Shown piece after piece: positions 1 through 6,642 of a stretch of DNA of 33,107 nt (position 1 is its first letter; each line of letters starts with the position of its first letter). Both the position numbers and the translations under genes were made by a program. Under the pieces are notes generated by a model. The model made no database searches. It was given only the letters and a program-made list of their open reading frames with translations, and had not been told where the DNA came from. This DNA is from a virus (lineage: Duplodnaviria; Caudoviricetes): positions 1-33,107 of the IMG/VR virus record IMGVR_UViG_3300020045_001432, one strand, 5' to 3'.

Positions 1-121
1 CTCATCAACAGCAATTGGGCCGTGTTCATCAATGATATGAGCCACACCAGCCATCTTACCAACGTTAAAGTCCATACCAATGTGCAATTGTGGTAGAGCT
101 AAGCTACGACCAAATCCATCA
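1..121. repeat. Terminal direct repeat, copy 1 (circular-assembly overlap)
   Basis: Bases 1-121 are identical to 32987-33107, and the terL frame continues across the junction. Confidence 0.95.
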
Positions 122-888
122 GTACGACCAGTAAACTGTTGAACAATGCCCTCAATGGCTACATCACTGTGATTGAAGCGGCGATCAAACTTGTAGTAGA
201 TCCGTCCAGCAGCCATATTCACAAATTGACCATACAGTAGTGCTTGTTTCTCTTCTTCAGAGTAGTTAAGCTCCAAGTCTGCCAAGAACTCTTCTGGTAG
301 AGTAGGGTTATCGTATGAGGATGCGTGGATCACATGCACTTGGTCCTTCTTCTTTGGGTCCTTATCTGGATCCTGTATGAAGAACTTGTACATGAAGCGG
401 AAACCTTCTGGTGTAGATGTAGTGAACATCTGATACACAGAACCTTTACGCATACGACCTTGTAGCTTCTTCCACATGGCCTCGGCAATGTTAGGCTGGA
501 TTGTGTCTAACTCATCAACACCAACGAAGGCAAGGTTAAGACCAACCAATCGTTGGAAGTTCTCACCACTACGAAGCAGTATCTTGGTCTCACCTTGGGC
601 GAACCGCAATGTGATCTCAGGCATAGGAGCACGTTTCAGTACATATGGAATACCAACAACATCCAATGCTTCTTCCAATGATGGGATCAGCACAGTGTTG
701 ACAAGGTCATTCGTTGGTTCACACAATAGTCCTTGGTGACCTACATTGAGTGATGCAAGGTGGATTGCCTTCATGCAGAACGCAAACGTCTTACCGGCGC
801 CGTATCCGGCACGCAGGCAGACGTAACGGTGAGCTGTATCCGTTACGAATTCATACTGATGAGGGAATAGTTCTATTGTTGGGTTCAT
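1..888 (-). CDS. terL: Terminase large subunit, N-terminal ATPase part (joins 32552..32986; about 440 aa in total)
   Basis: Not in the ORF track; translated by hand from the ATG at 888 (MNPTIELFPHQYEF). It has Walker A RAGYGAGKT, Walker B FVGVDE and coupling motif TSTPEG, and is in frame with the C-terminal part (1323 nt in total). Confidence 0.95.
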   Translation of the reverse strand, partial: MNPTIELFPHQYEFVTDTAHRYVCLRAGYGAGKTFAFCMKAIHLASLNVGHQGLLCEPTNDLVNTVLIPSLEEALDVVGIPYVLKRAPMPEITLRFAQGETKILLRSGENFQRLVGLNLAFVGVDELDTIQPNIAEAMWKKLQGRMRKGSVYQMFTTSTPEGFRFMYKFFIQDPDKDPKKKDQVHVIHASSYDNPTLPEEFLADLELNYSEEEKQALLYGQFVNMAAGRIYYKFDRRFNHSDVAIEGIVQQFTGRTDGFGRSLALPQLHIGMDFNVGKMAGVAHIIDEHGPIAVDE

Positions 889-1103
889 TAGCGGCGACAA
901 GCAGTAGTGAGTTGACGAACTGCCCCATTAAACGATACTGGTTCTACCAAGGCATTGCCCAAGAAGTATTCGTCAATGTGTTCTTTTGCTACATCCGCAA
1001 ATATGAATGTACCTTTGTGGCCTACCAATGTGATGTCTTTGAGTGTATAACCAGCTACCTTGAGGAAAGCGGCCATAACGATGTCTGATGTTTCGTAATC
1101 CAT
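888..1103 (-). CDS. Small DUF5659-like protein, paralog of 28500..28757
   Basis: YETSDIVMAAFLKVAGY...GTFIF...LVEP pattern; TAATG overlap with the terL start. Confidence 0.65.
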   Translation of the reverse strand: MDYETSDIVMAAFLKVAGYTLKDITLVGHKGTFIFADVAKEHIDEYFLGNALVEPVSFNGAVRQLTTACRR

Positions 1104-1291
1104 TATTCTATAACCCTTATAATATCTGTTTCTTTTAGGGTGCTAATACCACCCTCATAGGCAACCTGTGCCCATCTACCATTTGGTGTGTTGTAGAAAC
1201 CAACAATGTGGCCAATGATTTCAGCTTGCCCACCACCTACACAGGCACATCGTTGAATCTTGGCTATGACCTGTTGACCAACCGTGTACAT
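1103..1291 (-). CDS. Hypothetical protein, 62 aa (small beta-rich, possibly SH3-like)
   Basis: Stop/start overlaps with both neighbouring genes. Confidence 0.6.
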   Translation of the reverse strand: MYTVGQQVIAKIQRCACVGGGQAEIIGHIVGFYNTPNGRWAQVAYEGGISTLKETDIIRVIE

Positions 1292-1620
1292 TAGTGAACC
1301 CCAAACGCCAGGTTATAACCATGAGCAACCAATAGCTTCTCTGCTTGGGTTGCTTCTGTTTCATCTTCACCTTGGTAAATGTCAACCAATACCTTGGTGA
1401 TCTTGTTCTGGCTGTTAAGACCAAGTTCAAGGAGCCCTTGGTAGTTACCAACACGGGTGCGTCTAGCACCTGGTTCTGTTTGTAGTTGGAGGAAGATGCG
1501 GGTAAGGCTGTTGCAGTAGATGACCTCACTAGCAGTAAGGACAGCATCAAGACCTTCAATGCCAGTAAGGTTTGGAATGGTTGATTCTTCTTTGCGGTCT
1601 GCTTTCTTGACGTAGGCCAT
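1291..1620 (-). CDS. Hypothetical protein, 109 aa
   Basis: Stop/start overlaps with both neighbouring genes. Confidence 0.7.
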   Translation of the reverse strand: MAYVKKADRKEESTIPNLTGIEGLDAVLTASEVIYCNSLTRIFLQLQTEPGARRTRVGNYQGLLELGLNSQNKITKVLVDIYQGEDETEATQAEKLLVAHGYNLAFGVH

Positions 1621-1898
1621 TATCGTTCACGCTCCCACTTGATCACAGACTCAACAGTTACCATCTGTCCTTCCGTGGTTTGTTCTGATGCCATGAAAGT
1701 CCGGAGGTCCTCATCAGCGAATATAGCTTTAGACGTAGGCTCTGCAATCTTTTGGAGTGTCTCATTATACCATTCCTTCTCCTGAGTATGATCTTCATCA
1801 GGATGGGCAGCCCAATGGGTTTCATAATTGTGCATTAGTTCATGAAAAGCAACCATGACCTGCATTGCTTCAGCTGTTGTTAGTTCCAGTGTTACCAT
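1620..1898 (-). CDS. Hypothetical acidic protein (start at 1898 or 1913)
   Basis: ORF lies within the operon; AAGGAA precedes the ATG at 1898. Confidence 0.65.
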   Translation of the reverse strand: MVTLELTTAEAMQVMVAFHELMHNYETHWAAHPDEDHTQEKEWYNETLQKIAEPTSKAIFADEDLRTFMASEQTTEGQMVTVESVIKWERER

Positions 1899-2082
1899 TT
1901 TCTTTTCCTTCATCTAGTTTTATAGCTTTTGTGGTGTGTAGCAGTACGGTAGAAAGCACATCAACTCTATGCTTGGCATCATCCTTCTCTGGGCCAGATG
2001 AAGACTTACGTATCCACTCCAGCTCCTTGAGTACCTCTTGCAATATCAACGCATGCACAACTACACACTCTTCATGCGTCAT
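1870..2082 (-). CDS. Hypothetical helical protein (MTHEECVVVHAL..., 70 aa)
   Basis: 3' part of track ORF 1870..2181; fills the operon gap. Confidence 0.5.
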   Translation of the reverse strand: MTHEECVVVHALILQEVLKELEWIRKSSSGPEKDDAKHRVDVLSTVLLHTTKAIKLDEGKENGNTGTNNS

Positions 2083-2093
2083 ATTTAACGTAA

Positions 2094-2210
2094 TCAAAGT
2101 AATACCAACCCTGTGTAAACAACTGCAGCCACTTTCAACATAACAATAGTGGTTATTACAGCACCTTCCATTATGTACCAAATTTGATCAGCGATAGGTA
2201 GGTTTTTCAT
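2094..2210 (-). CDS. Small membrane protein, 38 aa
   Basis: Translated by hand as MKNLPIADQIWYIMEGAVITTIVMLKVAAVVYTGLVLL. GGAGAG RBS, ATGA overlap with the terS stop, hydrophobic C-terminal half. Confidence 0.55.
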   Translation of the reverse strand: MKNLPIADQIWYIMEGAVITTIVMLKVAAVVYTGLVLL

Positions 2211-2581
2211 GATTGCTCTCCTTTAGGTGGAGCTGGTTGGAAGTTGACACCGCTCGGAAGACTAGGTTTCTCTTCTTGAGTACCATTGTCGCCCCAACCA
2301 TGTTTAGATTTGAGATAGAACTGAATAGCAGCAAAGTGGTTCTTGTGCTTGCAGTCGCGTAAGACGTTCCACAAATAGCCAACAACCTCATCTTCGCCCA
2401 ATGCGTGGGCTTGACGGATTACTTCCTCTATTTCAGGATATTCTTTCTTCTTGGCACTGAATCCAGTAGGGCTAATGCCTACTATTCGTGCGATGCTTGC
2501 TTCGGTAACACCACGTGTCGCAAGCTCTTTGATTTGTTCTAGGATCTCTGGTGTAGGAACCCATTTCTTGCCATAAGCCAT
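2207..2581 (-). CDS. terS: Terminase small subunit (HTH type)
   Basis: HTH segment GVTEASIARIVGIS, then YPEIEEVI and AAIQFYLKSKHGW, typical of HTH TerS; upstream of terL. Confidence 0.8.
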   Translation of the reverse strand: MAYGKKWVPTPEILEQIKELATRGVTEASIARIVGISPTGFSAKKKEYPEIEEVIRQAHALGEDEVVGYLWNVLRDCKHKNHFAAIQFYLKSKHGWGDNGTQEEKPSLPSGVNFQPAPPKGEQS

Positions 2582-2582
2582 T

Positions 2583-3176
2583 TTACTTATTACCCCCGGT
2601 AATTGTTTTCTTGGATGTATTTATGGTTCTTTCCTTTAATTGGGCAGCTTCAATTATCTTAGGCAGAGTGCTGTTAGGACGTATGTCACCAACATGGCTG
2701 TATAATGCACCTTTGTACATAATTGGTCCCATCCAGGTTGGCTCTCCGTTACGTGGAGTGACCTTTATCTTTAGTTGGTATCCAAACATACGTGCCATTG
2801 CAACGTAGTCTTGTTTCAATACCAGTTCTGCAAATTCAGCAGATAGTGGATATCCTTCTGTGACGCATTCCTTTACCAGAGCGCGCATGCCTCTTGTTGC
2901 GTATGCAGGTGGCATGTTTTGAATGGACATGAAGAAGCGGAGGTCATTGATCCGCTTCTTGTCTTCATTAATGCGGGCAATTATGTCATCAGTTGGATCA
3001 ATTTCAGGAACGATAGATGTCATTGGTTGCTTTCCTTTGTTGCGGTATGCTTTCTTGCGCTCTGATTGCTCTTTAACCCACTCTGGATCTTGGCGTTTCT
3101 TTTCCAGCCATAAGAGTTGGTTCTTGCGACGATTGGCTTTGTACTCATCACTGTACGTCTTCTTTGGGTTGGTCAT
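2583..3176 (-). CDS. Hypothetical protein with basic helical N-terminus (probable start 3176; track start 3257)
   Basis: K/R-rich N-terminus MTNPKKTYSDEYKANRRKNQ followed by a globular region. Confidence 0.65.
   Translation of the reverse strand: MTNPKKTYSDEYKANRRKNQLLWLEKKRQDPEWVKEQSERKKAYRNKGKQPMTSIVPEIDPTDDIIARINEDKKRINDLRFFMSIQNMPPAYATRGMRALVKECVTEGYPLSAEFAELVLKQDYVAMARMFGYQLKIKVTPRNGEPTWMGPIMYKGALYSHVGDIRPNSTLPKIIEAAQLKERTINTSKKTITGGNK
2587..2603 (-). promoter_or_regulatory. 17-nt RBS hairpin ATTACCGGGGGTAATAA, copy 1
   Basis: Identical to 31022..31038; an ATTACC/GGTAAT stem covers the terS Shine-Dalgarno sequence. Confidence 0.65.
2618..2624 (-). promoter_or_regulatory. ATAAATA late-promoter-like motif upstream of terS
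   Basis: One of at least 13 minus-strand copies placed upstream of starts. Confidence 0.65.
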
Positions 3177-3450
3177 TTGGTGTTTGCAACTTATGTTGCT
3201 TCTTTCTCTGGATATGGTCTGCGTATATTTTGGACAGCTTGTCTTGATTGCGCTCACGCCATCTACGTTGATACTCGCGTTGGTAGGCTTTCCATTCTTC
3301 TAGATGGGCCTCTTTATAGCGCTTTACTGCTTCGCGGTTACGGATCTGCACTTCATCTTCTTCGTAGGTGTGTTCGTCTTCAGGTAGGTACTTGCGTGGA
3401 CGGCCTGGCTTTCTCTTTAATTTTGTTTCCATAATTTGCCCCATTGTCAT
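3148..3450 (-). CDS. AT-hook-containing basic helical protein
   Basis: KRKPGRPRKY AT-hook followed by YQREYQRRWRERN helical repeats. Confidence 0.7.
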   Translation of the reverse strand: MTMGQIMETKLKRKPGRPRKYLPEDEHTYEEDEVQIRNREAVKRYKEAHLEEWKAYQREYQRRWRERNQDKLSKIYADHIQRKKQHKLQTPNDQPKEDVQ

Positions 3451-3472
3451 TATGTATTATTTATGCTAAAGT
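3444..3472 (+). promoter_or_regulatory. Sigma70-like promoter for the plus-strand operon
   Basis: TTGTCA (3444-3449), 17-nt spacer, TAAAGT (3467-3472), with an extended -10 TG. Confidence 0.55.
3458..3464 (-). promoter_or_regulatory. ATAAATA late-promoter-like motif
   Basis: 7 nt before the ATG at 3450; overlaps the divergent sigma70-like promoter. Confidence 0.6.
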
Positions 3473-3512
3473 CCCCTCATCAGATGACAAATAGATTAAT
3501 CAGGTGAATTAG

Positions 3513-4046
3513 ATGAAACTTTTTATGAAGCAACTCCGCAGCACCCCTACAATGAAGATGCGCAATGCATTCTTTGGTGACCTCCATGGTCGCGATATTA
3601 TGAAGTGGGTGAACAAGTTCTATGGTTCTGGGATGGACATCATGCAAATTGGTGCTTCCATTAAGGCTGAACTTGGGGATGTTGCTGGGGATGTGATCTA
3701 CAAGATTGCATTCAGCCTTGATTGTCTGTTTACTGATATCAAGAAGATGGGCATTCAGCCTAAATCAAACAAGACCACTTATACCGTTGAAGAGATTGCT
3801 GCAAAGATCCTTGCATGCGATGATCAATTCTTTACTGTTACATTCATCAAGCGTACATCTGGTGAAGTCCGTACAATGAATTGCCGTCGTAATGTAGTCA
3901 AGCATTTGGCAGGCGGTGAGCTCAAGTACATCATGGCTGATAAAGGATTAATCAGCGTATGGGATCGGCAAGCAGATGGGTATCGTGCCATCAATATAGG
4001 TGGGATTGTTAGTGCCACTATTAATGGTACTACATACACAACTTAA
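3513..4046 (+). CDS. Protein with C-terminal WYL_2/SH3 beta-barrel-like domain
   Basis: FFTVTFIKRTSGEVRTMNCRRNV...LISVWDRQADGYRAIN resembles phage WYL_2 (DUF2693-like) proteins; the N-terminal ~90 aa are unrecognised. Confidence 0.65.
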   Translation: MKLFMKQLRSTPTMKMRNAFFGDLHGRDIMKWVNKFYGSGMDIMQIGASIKAELGDVAGDVIYKIAFSLDCLFTDIKKMGIQPKSNKTTYTVEEIAAKILACDDQFFTVTFIKRTSGEVRTMNCRRNVVKHLAGGELKYIMADKGLISVWDRQADGYRAINIGGIVSATINGTTYTT

Positions 4047-4059
4047 TGAGGAAATTCAA

Positions 4060-4254
4060 ATGAAGAAAATCGCAACCGCTCTGTTAATGCTAATTTCGTT
4101 TAGTGCCATAGCTGCCCAGGCGCAGCTGGTGTCATGTGATCTATCTACGTCCGTAACCGGTAGGTTCGTTTACGTAGGTACATACCAATATTATGGTCAA
4201 TATGTGCAAAGGACATTTCCCTCACATTGTCCACACATCATTGAGGTGTATTAA
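4060..4254 (+). CDS. Small secreted protein, 64 aa, with signal peptide
   Basis: GAGGAA RBS; Sec-type signal MKKIATALLMLISFSAIA; two Cys in the mature part. Confidence 0.75.
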   Translation: MKKIATALLMLISFSAIAAQAQLVSCDLSTSVTGRFVYVGTYQYYGQYVQRTFPSHCPHIIEVY

Positions 4255-4257
4255 CAG

Positions 4258-4374
4258 ATAAAGAAAGAGCCATGGAAACCTCACGTAAACATGGCTCTAT
4301 TATTCTCCGGTTGTTAATTGGACCTATTCCAATTAAGTCACCTACTATGGTTCAGACATCGCTACGTGAGCGAC
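4258..4374 (-). ncRNA. Candidate small RNA, about 115 nt
   Basis: Lies between a TTGCCT-N16-TATAAT promoter and a hairpin plus U-tract, with two further internal hairpins and no substantial ORF. Confidence 0.4.
4266..4298. terminator. Probably bidirectional terminator hairpin
   Basis: AGAGCCATG/CATGGCTCT 9-bp stem between convergent units; TTCTTT follows it on the minus strand. Confidence 0.6.
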
Positions 4375-4380
4375 ATTATC

Positions 4381-4408
4381 ATTATACGTCATTGCATTCA
4401 TAAGGCAA
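4381..4408 (-). promoter_or_regulatory. Sigma70-like promoter
   Basis: TTGCCT (4408-4403), 16-nt spacer, TATAAT (4386-4381). Confidence 0.5.
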
Positions 4409-4511
4409 CTGGGTGAAATACCAATCCCAGTATGCCATTTGCATTAATTGAGCTGACATCTAGTTCCTCTAATAAGTTGTGATTGAGGAACGAAGTGACG
4501 AACAACACAAC

Positions 4512-4838
4512 TTATTCCGCAGGCAGCTTTTGTACTTGAGCTAGCAATGCAATCAGCTGGTCAAGTCGCATTACTACCAATGGGTCTTTGTGGTTCTTCT
4601 TGAGAACTAGGTAATCAACTGGATCTAGGAAATCCCACATGTAATCCGCAATGGATTCTCGGTTCTTGCATTCAATGCGACCTAATGGGTGATCAACAGA
4701 ACCAATAACTACATCAGATGAGTACTTACCACCAAGGGAACCAGATAAAGGCACTCTTTCGGACGGTATTCCAGCATCTTCCAGTCGTTTAACGACCATA
4801 TTCTCAAGTCTTCTTCCTTTGTCTTTAGCAGCACTCAT
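4512..4838 (-). CDS. Holliday junction resolvase, Hjc-like PD-(D/E)XK nuclease
   Basis: KGRRLE...RVPLSGS...SDVVI...IECK motif order. Confidence 0.8.
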   Translation of the reverse strand: MSAAKDKGRRLENMVVKRLEDAGIPSERVPLSGSLGGKYSSDVVIGSVDHPLGRIECKNRESIADYMWDFLDPVDYLVLKKNHKDPLVVMRLDQLIALLAQVQKLPAE

Positions 4839-4866
4839 ATTGATCTCCGTTATTTGATATATGAGT

Positions 4867-4873
4867 TATTTAT
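4867..4873 (-). promoter_or_regulatory. ATAAATA late-promoter-like motif upstream of the resolvase
   Basis: About 28 nt before the ATG at 4838. Confidence 0.65.
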
Positions 4874-4879
4874 CATATC

Positions 4880-5310
4880 TCCTTGGCCGGGAGTTTAGGT
4901 TCTACTAGTAAGCAGTCATTCGCTTCGCGAGAGATGCATCGCGCCTGCGGCTGCTCAGCATCTCTGTCTTACTTAACACCTATCGGGAAGTAACTCAGCA
5001 TAACACTCAACACCGTTTCTAAACCAATCCCCCCACATACCACGGGTCAAGCGGTTATTACGGACTGTCGTAGTAGCGAATCATCATGGTCCGGCATTAT
5101 TTTACATCCCACACATGCTCCACTGGGCAACCACCATCTTTGGTTTCTGTACTGAGGTGGGTACCGTACAGACCTTTACCGGAGCGCGCCGGAACCTACA
5201 GCCCATTACTGGGGTAGCAGTCTTCTTGACAATCTATTCAAAATCCAGATCGTGTTTGGTGTGTAGAACCAATCTGGGGAATTTGCCAGGGGATTCAATA
5301 TCCCCACTAC
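4880..5310 (-). ncRNA. Large structured non-coding element (RNA and/or single-stranded DNA origin)
   Basis: Dense inverted repeats, a GTAA tetraloop, a G6 tract and GNA-triloop mini-hairpins; no convincing ORF. Confidence 0.5.
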
Positions 5311-5328
5311 ATTTACGAATTGTTTTTA

Positions 5329-5670
5329 TTACAAAGGACCGTATTTGTTAAAGTAACGATCTATCTGGTCTTCCAAGCGGTCGTTTAATGTATTCAACCG
5401 CTCATTTTCTTTCTTGAGTCTCTCAACATCATCACCAGATGGTGCTGGAAGAACAACTCTCTCTACAACTACCCGCTCAACTACTGATTCAACCACTGCT
5501 GTTCTCTTTGAAACATACACTGGACCGGGCATCTTTTGGTTCTTGCTATCTTTTGCGGCCTGTATTGCTTTTTCTTCTCTGCGCTTTTGTCTTACTTGGC
5601 GCTTCTTTGCTTTTTCAGTTAGTGGCTTATTACCAAGTGCTTCGGAAATCTGCTTTAACTTCTCGTTCAT
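5329..5670 (-). CDS. Basic protein with C-terminal coiled coil (start at 5670 or 5682)
   Basis: K/R-rich N-terminus and a heptad C-terminus VERLKKENERLNTLNDRLEDQI. Confidence 0.65.
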   Translation of the reverse strand: MNEKLKQISEALGNKPLTEKAKKRQVRQKRREEKAIQAAKDSKNQKMPGPVYVSKRTAVVESVVERVVVERVVLPAPSGDDVERLKKENERLNTLNDRLEDQIDRYFNKYGPL

Positions 5671-5723
5671 GTTGTTACCCAATTAAAATTAAAAACATTA
5701 GGGTTACCTAATTCCGTTCAGGC

Positions 5724-5835
5724 AAAAGGAAACTCCTCAAGTTTGGTCGGCCTACCGAAGGCGCACTTGAGGAGTTAATGTAAAAACGTTCAGTTGTACT
5801 TCGGTAGTTTTAGAGAGCTGCGACCAAACAGCTCT
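5724..5835 (-). promoter_or_regulatory. Two-hairpin leader/attenuator with loop complementarity
   Basis: 7-bp hairpin 5814-5835 and 12-bp hairpin 5731-5776 followed by TCCTTTT. 5821-5828 pairs with 5742-5749, and 5799-5807 pairs with 5752-5760. Confidence 0.7.
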
Positions 5836-5842
5836 GTGAATG

Positions 5843-5849
5843 TATTTAT
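5843..5849 (-). promoter_or_regulatory. ATAAATA late-promoter-like motif
   Basis: 7 nt upstream of the first leader hairpin. Confidence 0.65.
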
Positions 5850-5878
5850 GCAATGTTGCAAAAAGTTGACATAAAATG

Positions 5879-5907
5879 ATCATACGACTATTTACAAAAG
5901 ATGTCAA
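5879..5907 (-). promoter_or_regulatory. Near-consensus sigma70 promoter
   Basis: TTGACA (5907-5902), 17-nt spacer, TATGAT (5884-5879). Confidence 0.7.
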
Positions 5908-6221
5908 CTGCCTTGCGTTTCTTTTTCTGCTAACTTCTTTGCACGCCGTTCATTCGCGTATTCACGCATGCGAGCAAGACGTGCTGCATATGCCTCAGGA
6001 TCATTAGCTTTCATGTCTTCCCACTTTGCCTTATTGTAGACCTTCATACGGGCTTGGCATACTTCTTTGTTGGCTTCAAACGAGCGCTTGTTCATTGCAC
6101 GGTACTTCTCAATGTTGTCAAGACGACGCTGACGTTCACGTTCATTGAGGCGATCTCTATTTTCTTGTCTGTATTTGCGGCGGTATTCACGGTCGCGTTC
6201 TTTGCGTTCTTCTGGGGTCAT
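5904..6221 (-). CDS. Basic helical-repeat protein (probable start 6221, 105 aa)
   Basis: MTPEERKERDREYRRKYRQENRDRLNERERQRR; the ATG directly follows the upstream stop at 6223. Confidence 0.7.
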   Translation of the reverse strand: MTPEERKERDREYRRKYRQENRDRLNERERQRRLDNIEKYRAMNKRSFEANKEVCQARMKVYNKAKWEDMKANDPEAYAARLARMREYANERRAKKLAEKETQGS

Positions 6222-6222
6222 G

Positions 6223-6642
6223 TTAAAACTCAAATAGGCCTTCAAGGCGGTCAATATTGATTGTGGGGTGAAGTAGCTCTTCAGCATACTTGATTGTCTC
6301 GCGAATGTCTTGCTTATGTCGCGTAAAGAAGTCATACACCTTGCGGATCTGCTTCTCTGACAACTCCATGCATCCTGTCCAAACCCAGCGGTTGAACGAC
6401 TCTTTGCCTAAATGGTCAACTTCACCAGGCGCTTTGGTAGTCAGTATAATGTAGAAATGATCCACTTGTAGATCATCGTAGCAGTGCGGGTACTTCTTCT
6501 TGTCTGGGCTGAATTCGTGATCATCCGCCTTCCATGTGCGACCTACGTGTTCGTATTCAAAGATGCGCCATGTTTGTTTCTTGTTGGGGACATACCGGTC
6601 ATATATTTTGTTGACACGGAGGAAGAGGAGTTTGTGTTCCAT
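6223..6642 (-). CDS. Hypothetical protein, 139 aa
   Basis: GGAG RBS and TAATG coupling with the upstream gene. Confidence 0.75.
   Translation of the reverse strand: MEHKLLFLRVNKIYDRYVPNKKQTWRIFEYEHVGRTWKADDHEFSPDKKKYPHCYDDLQVDHFYIILTTKAPGEVDHLGKESFNRWVWTGCMELSEKQIRKVYDFFTRHKQDIRETIKYAEELLHPTINIDRLEGLFEF

Noticed and set aside
1-121. 121-bp terminal repeat as a biological DTR or att site
   Set aside because: It falls in the middle of terL and has the form of an assembler k-mer overlap. It shows circularity, not physical ends.
5115-5351. 78-aa plus-strand ORF inside the structured block
   Set aside because: It has no clear RBS or recognisable motif, runs opposite to local transcription and overlaps dense inverted repeats.
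5866-5894. Plus-strand sigma70 promoter starting TTGACA at 5866
   Set aside because: The -10 at 17-nt spacing is TATTTA, a poor match, and no plus-strand gene follows. It is kept only as half of an inverted repeat.
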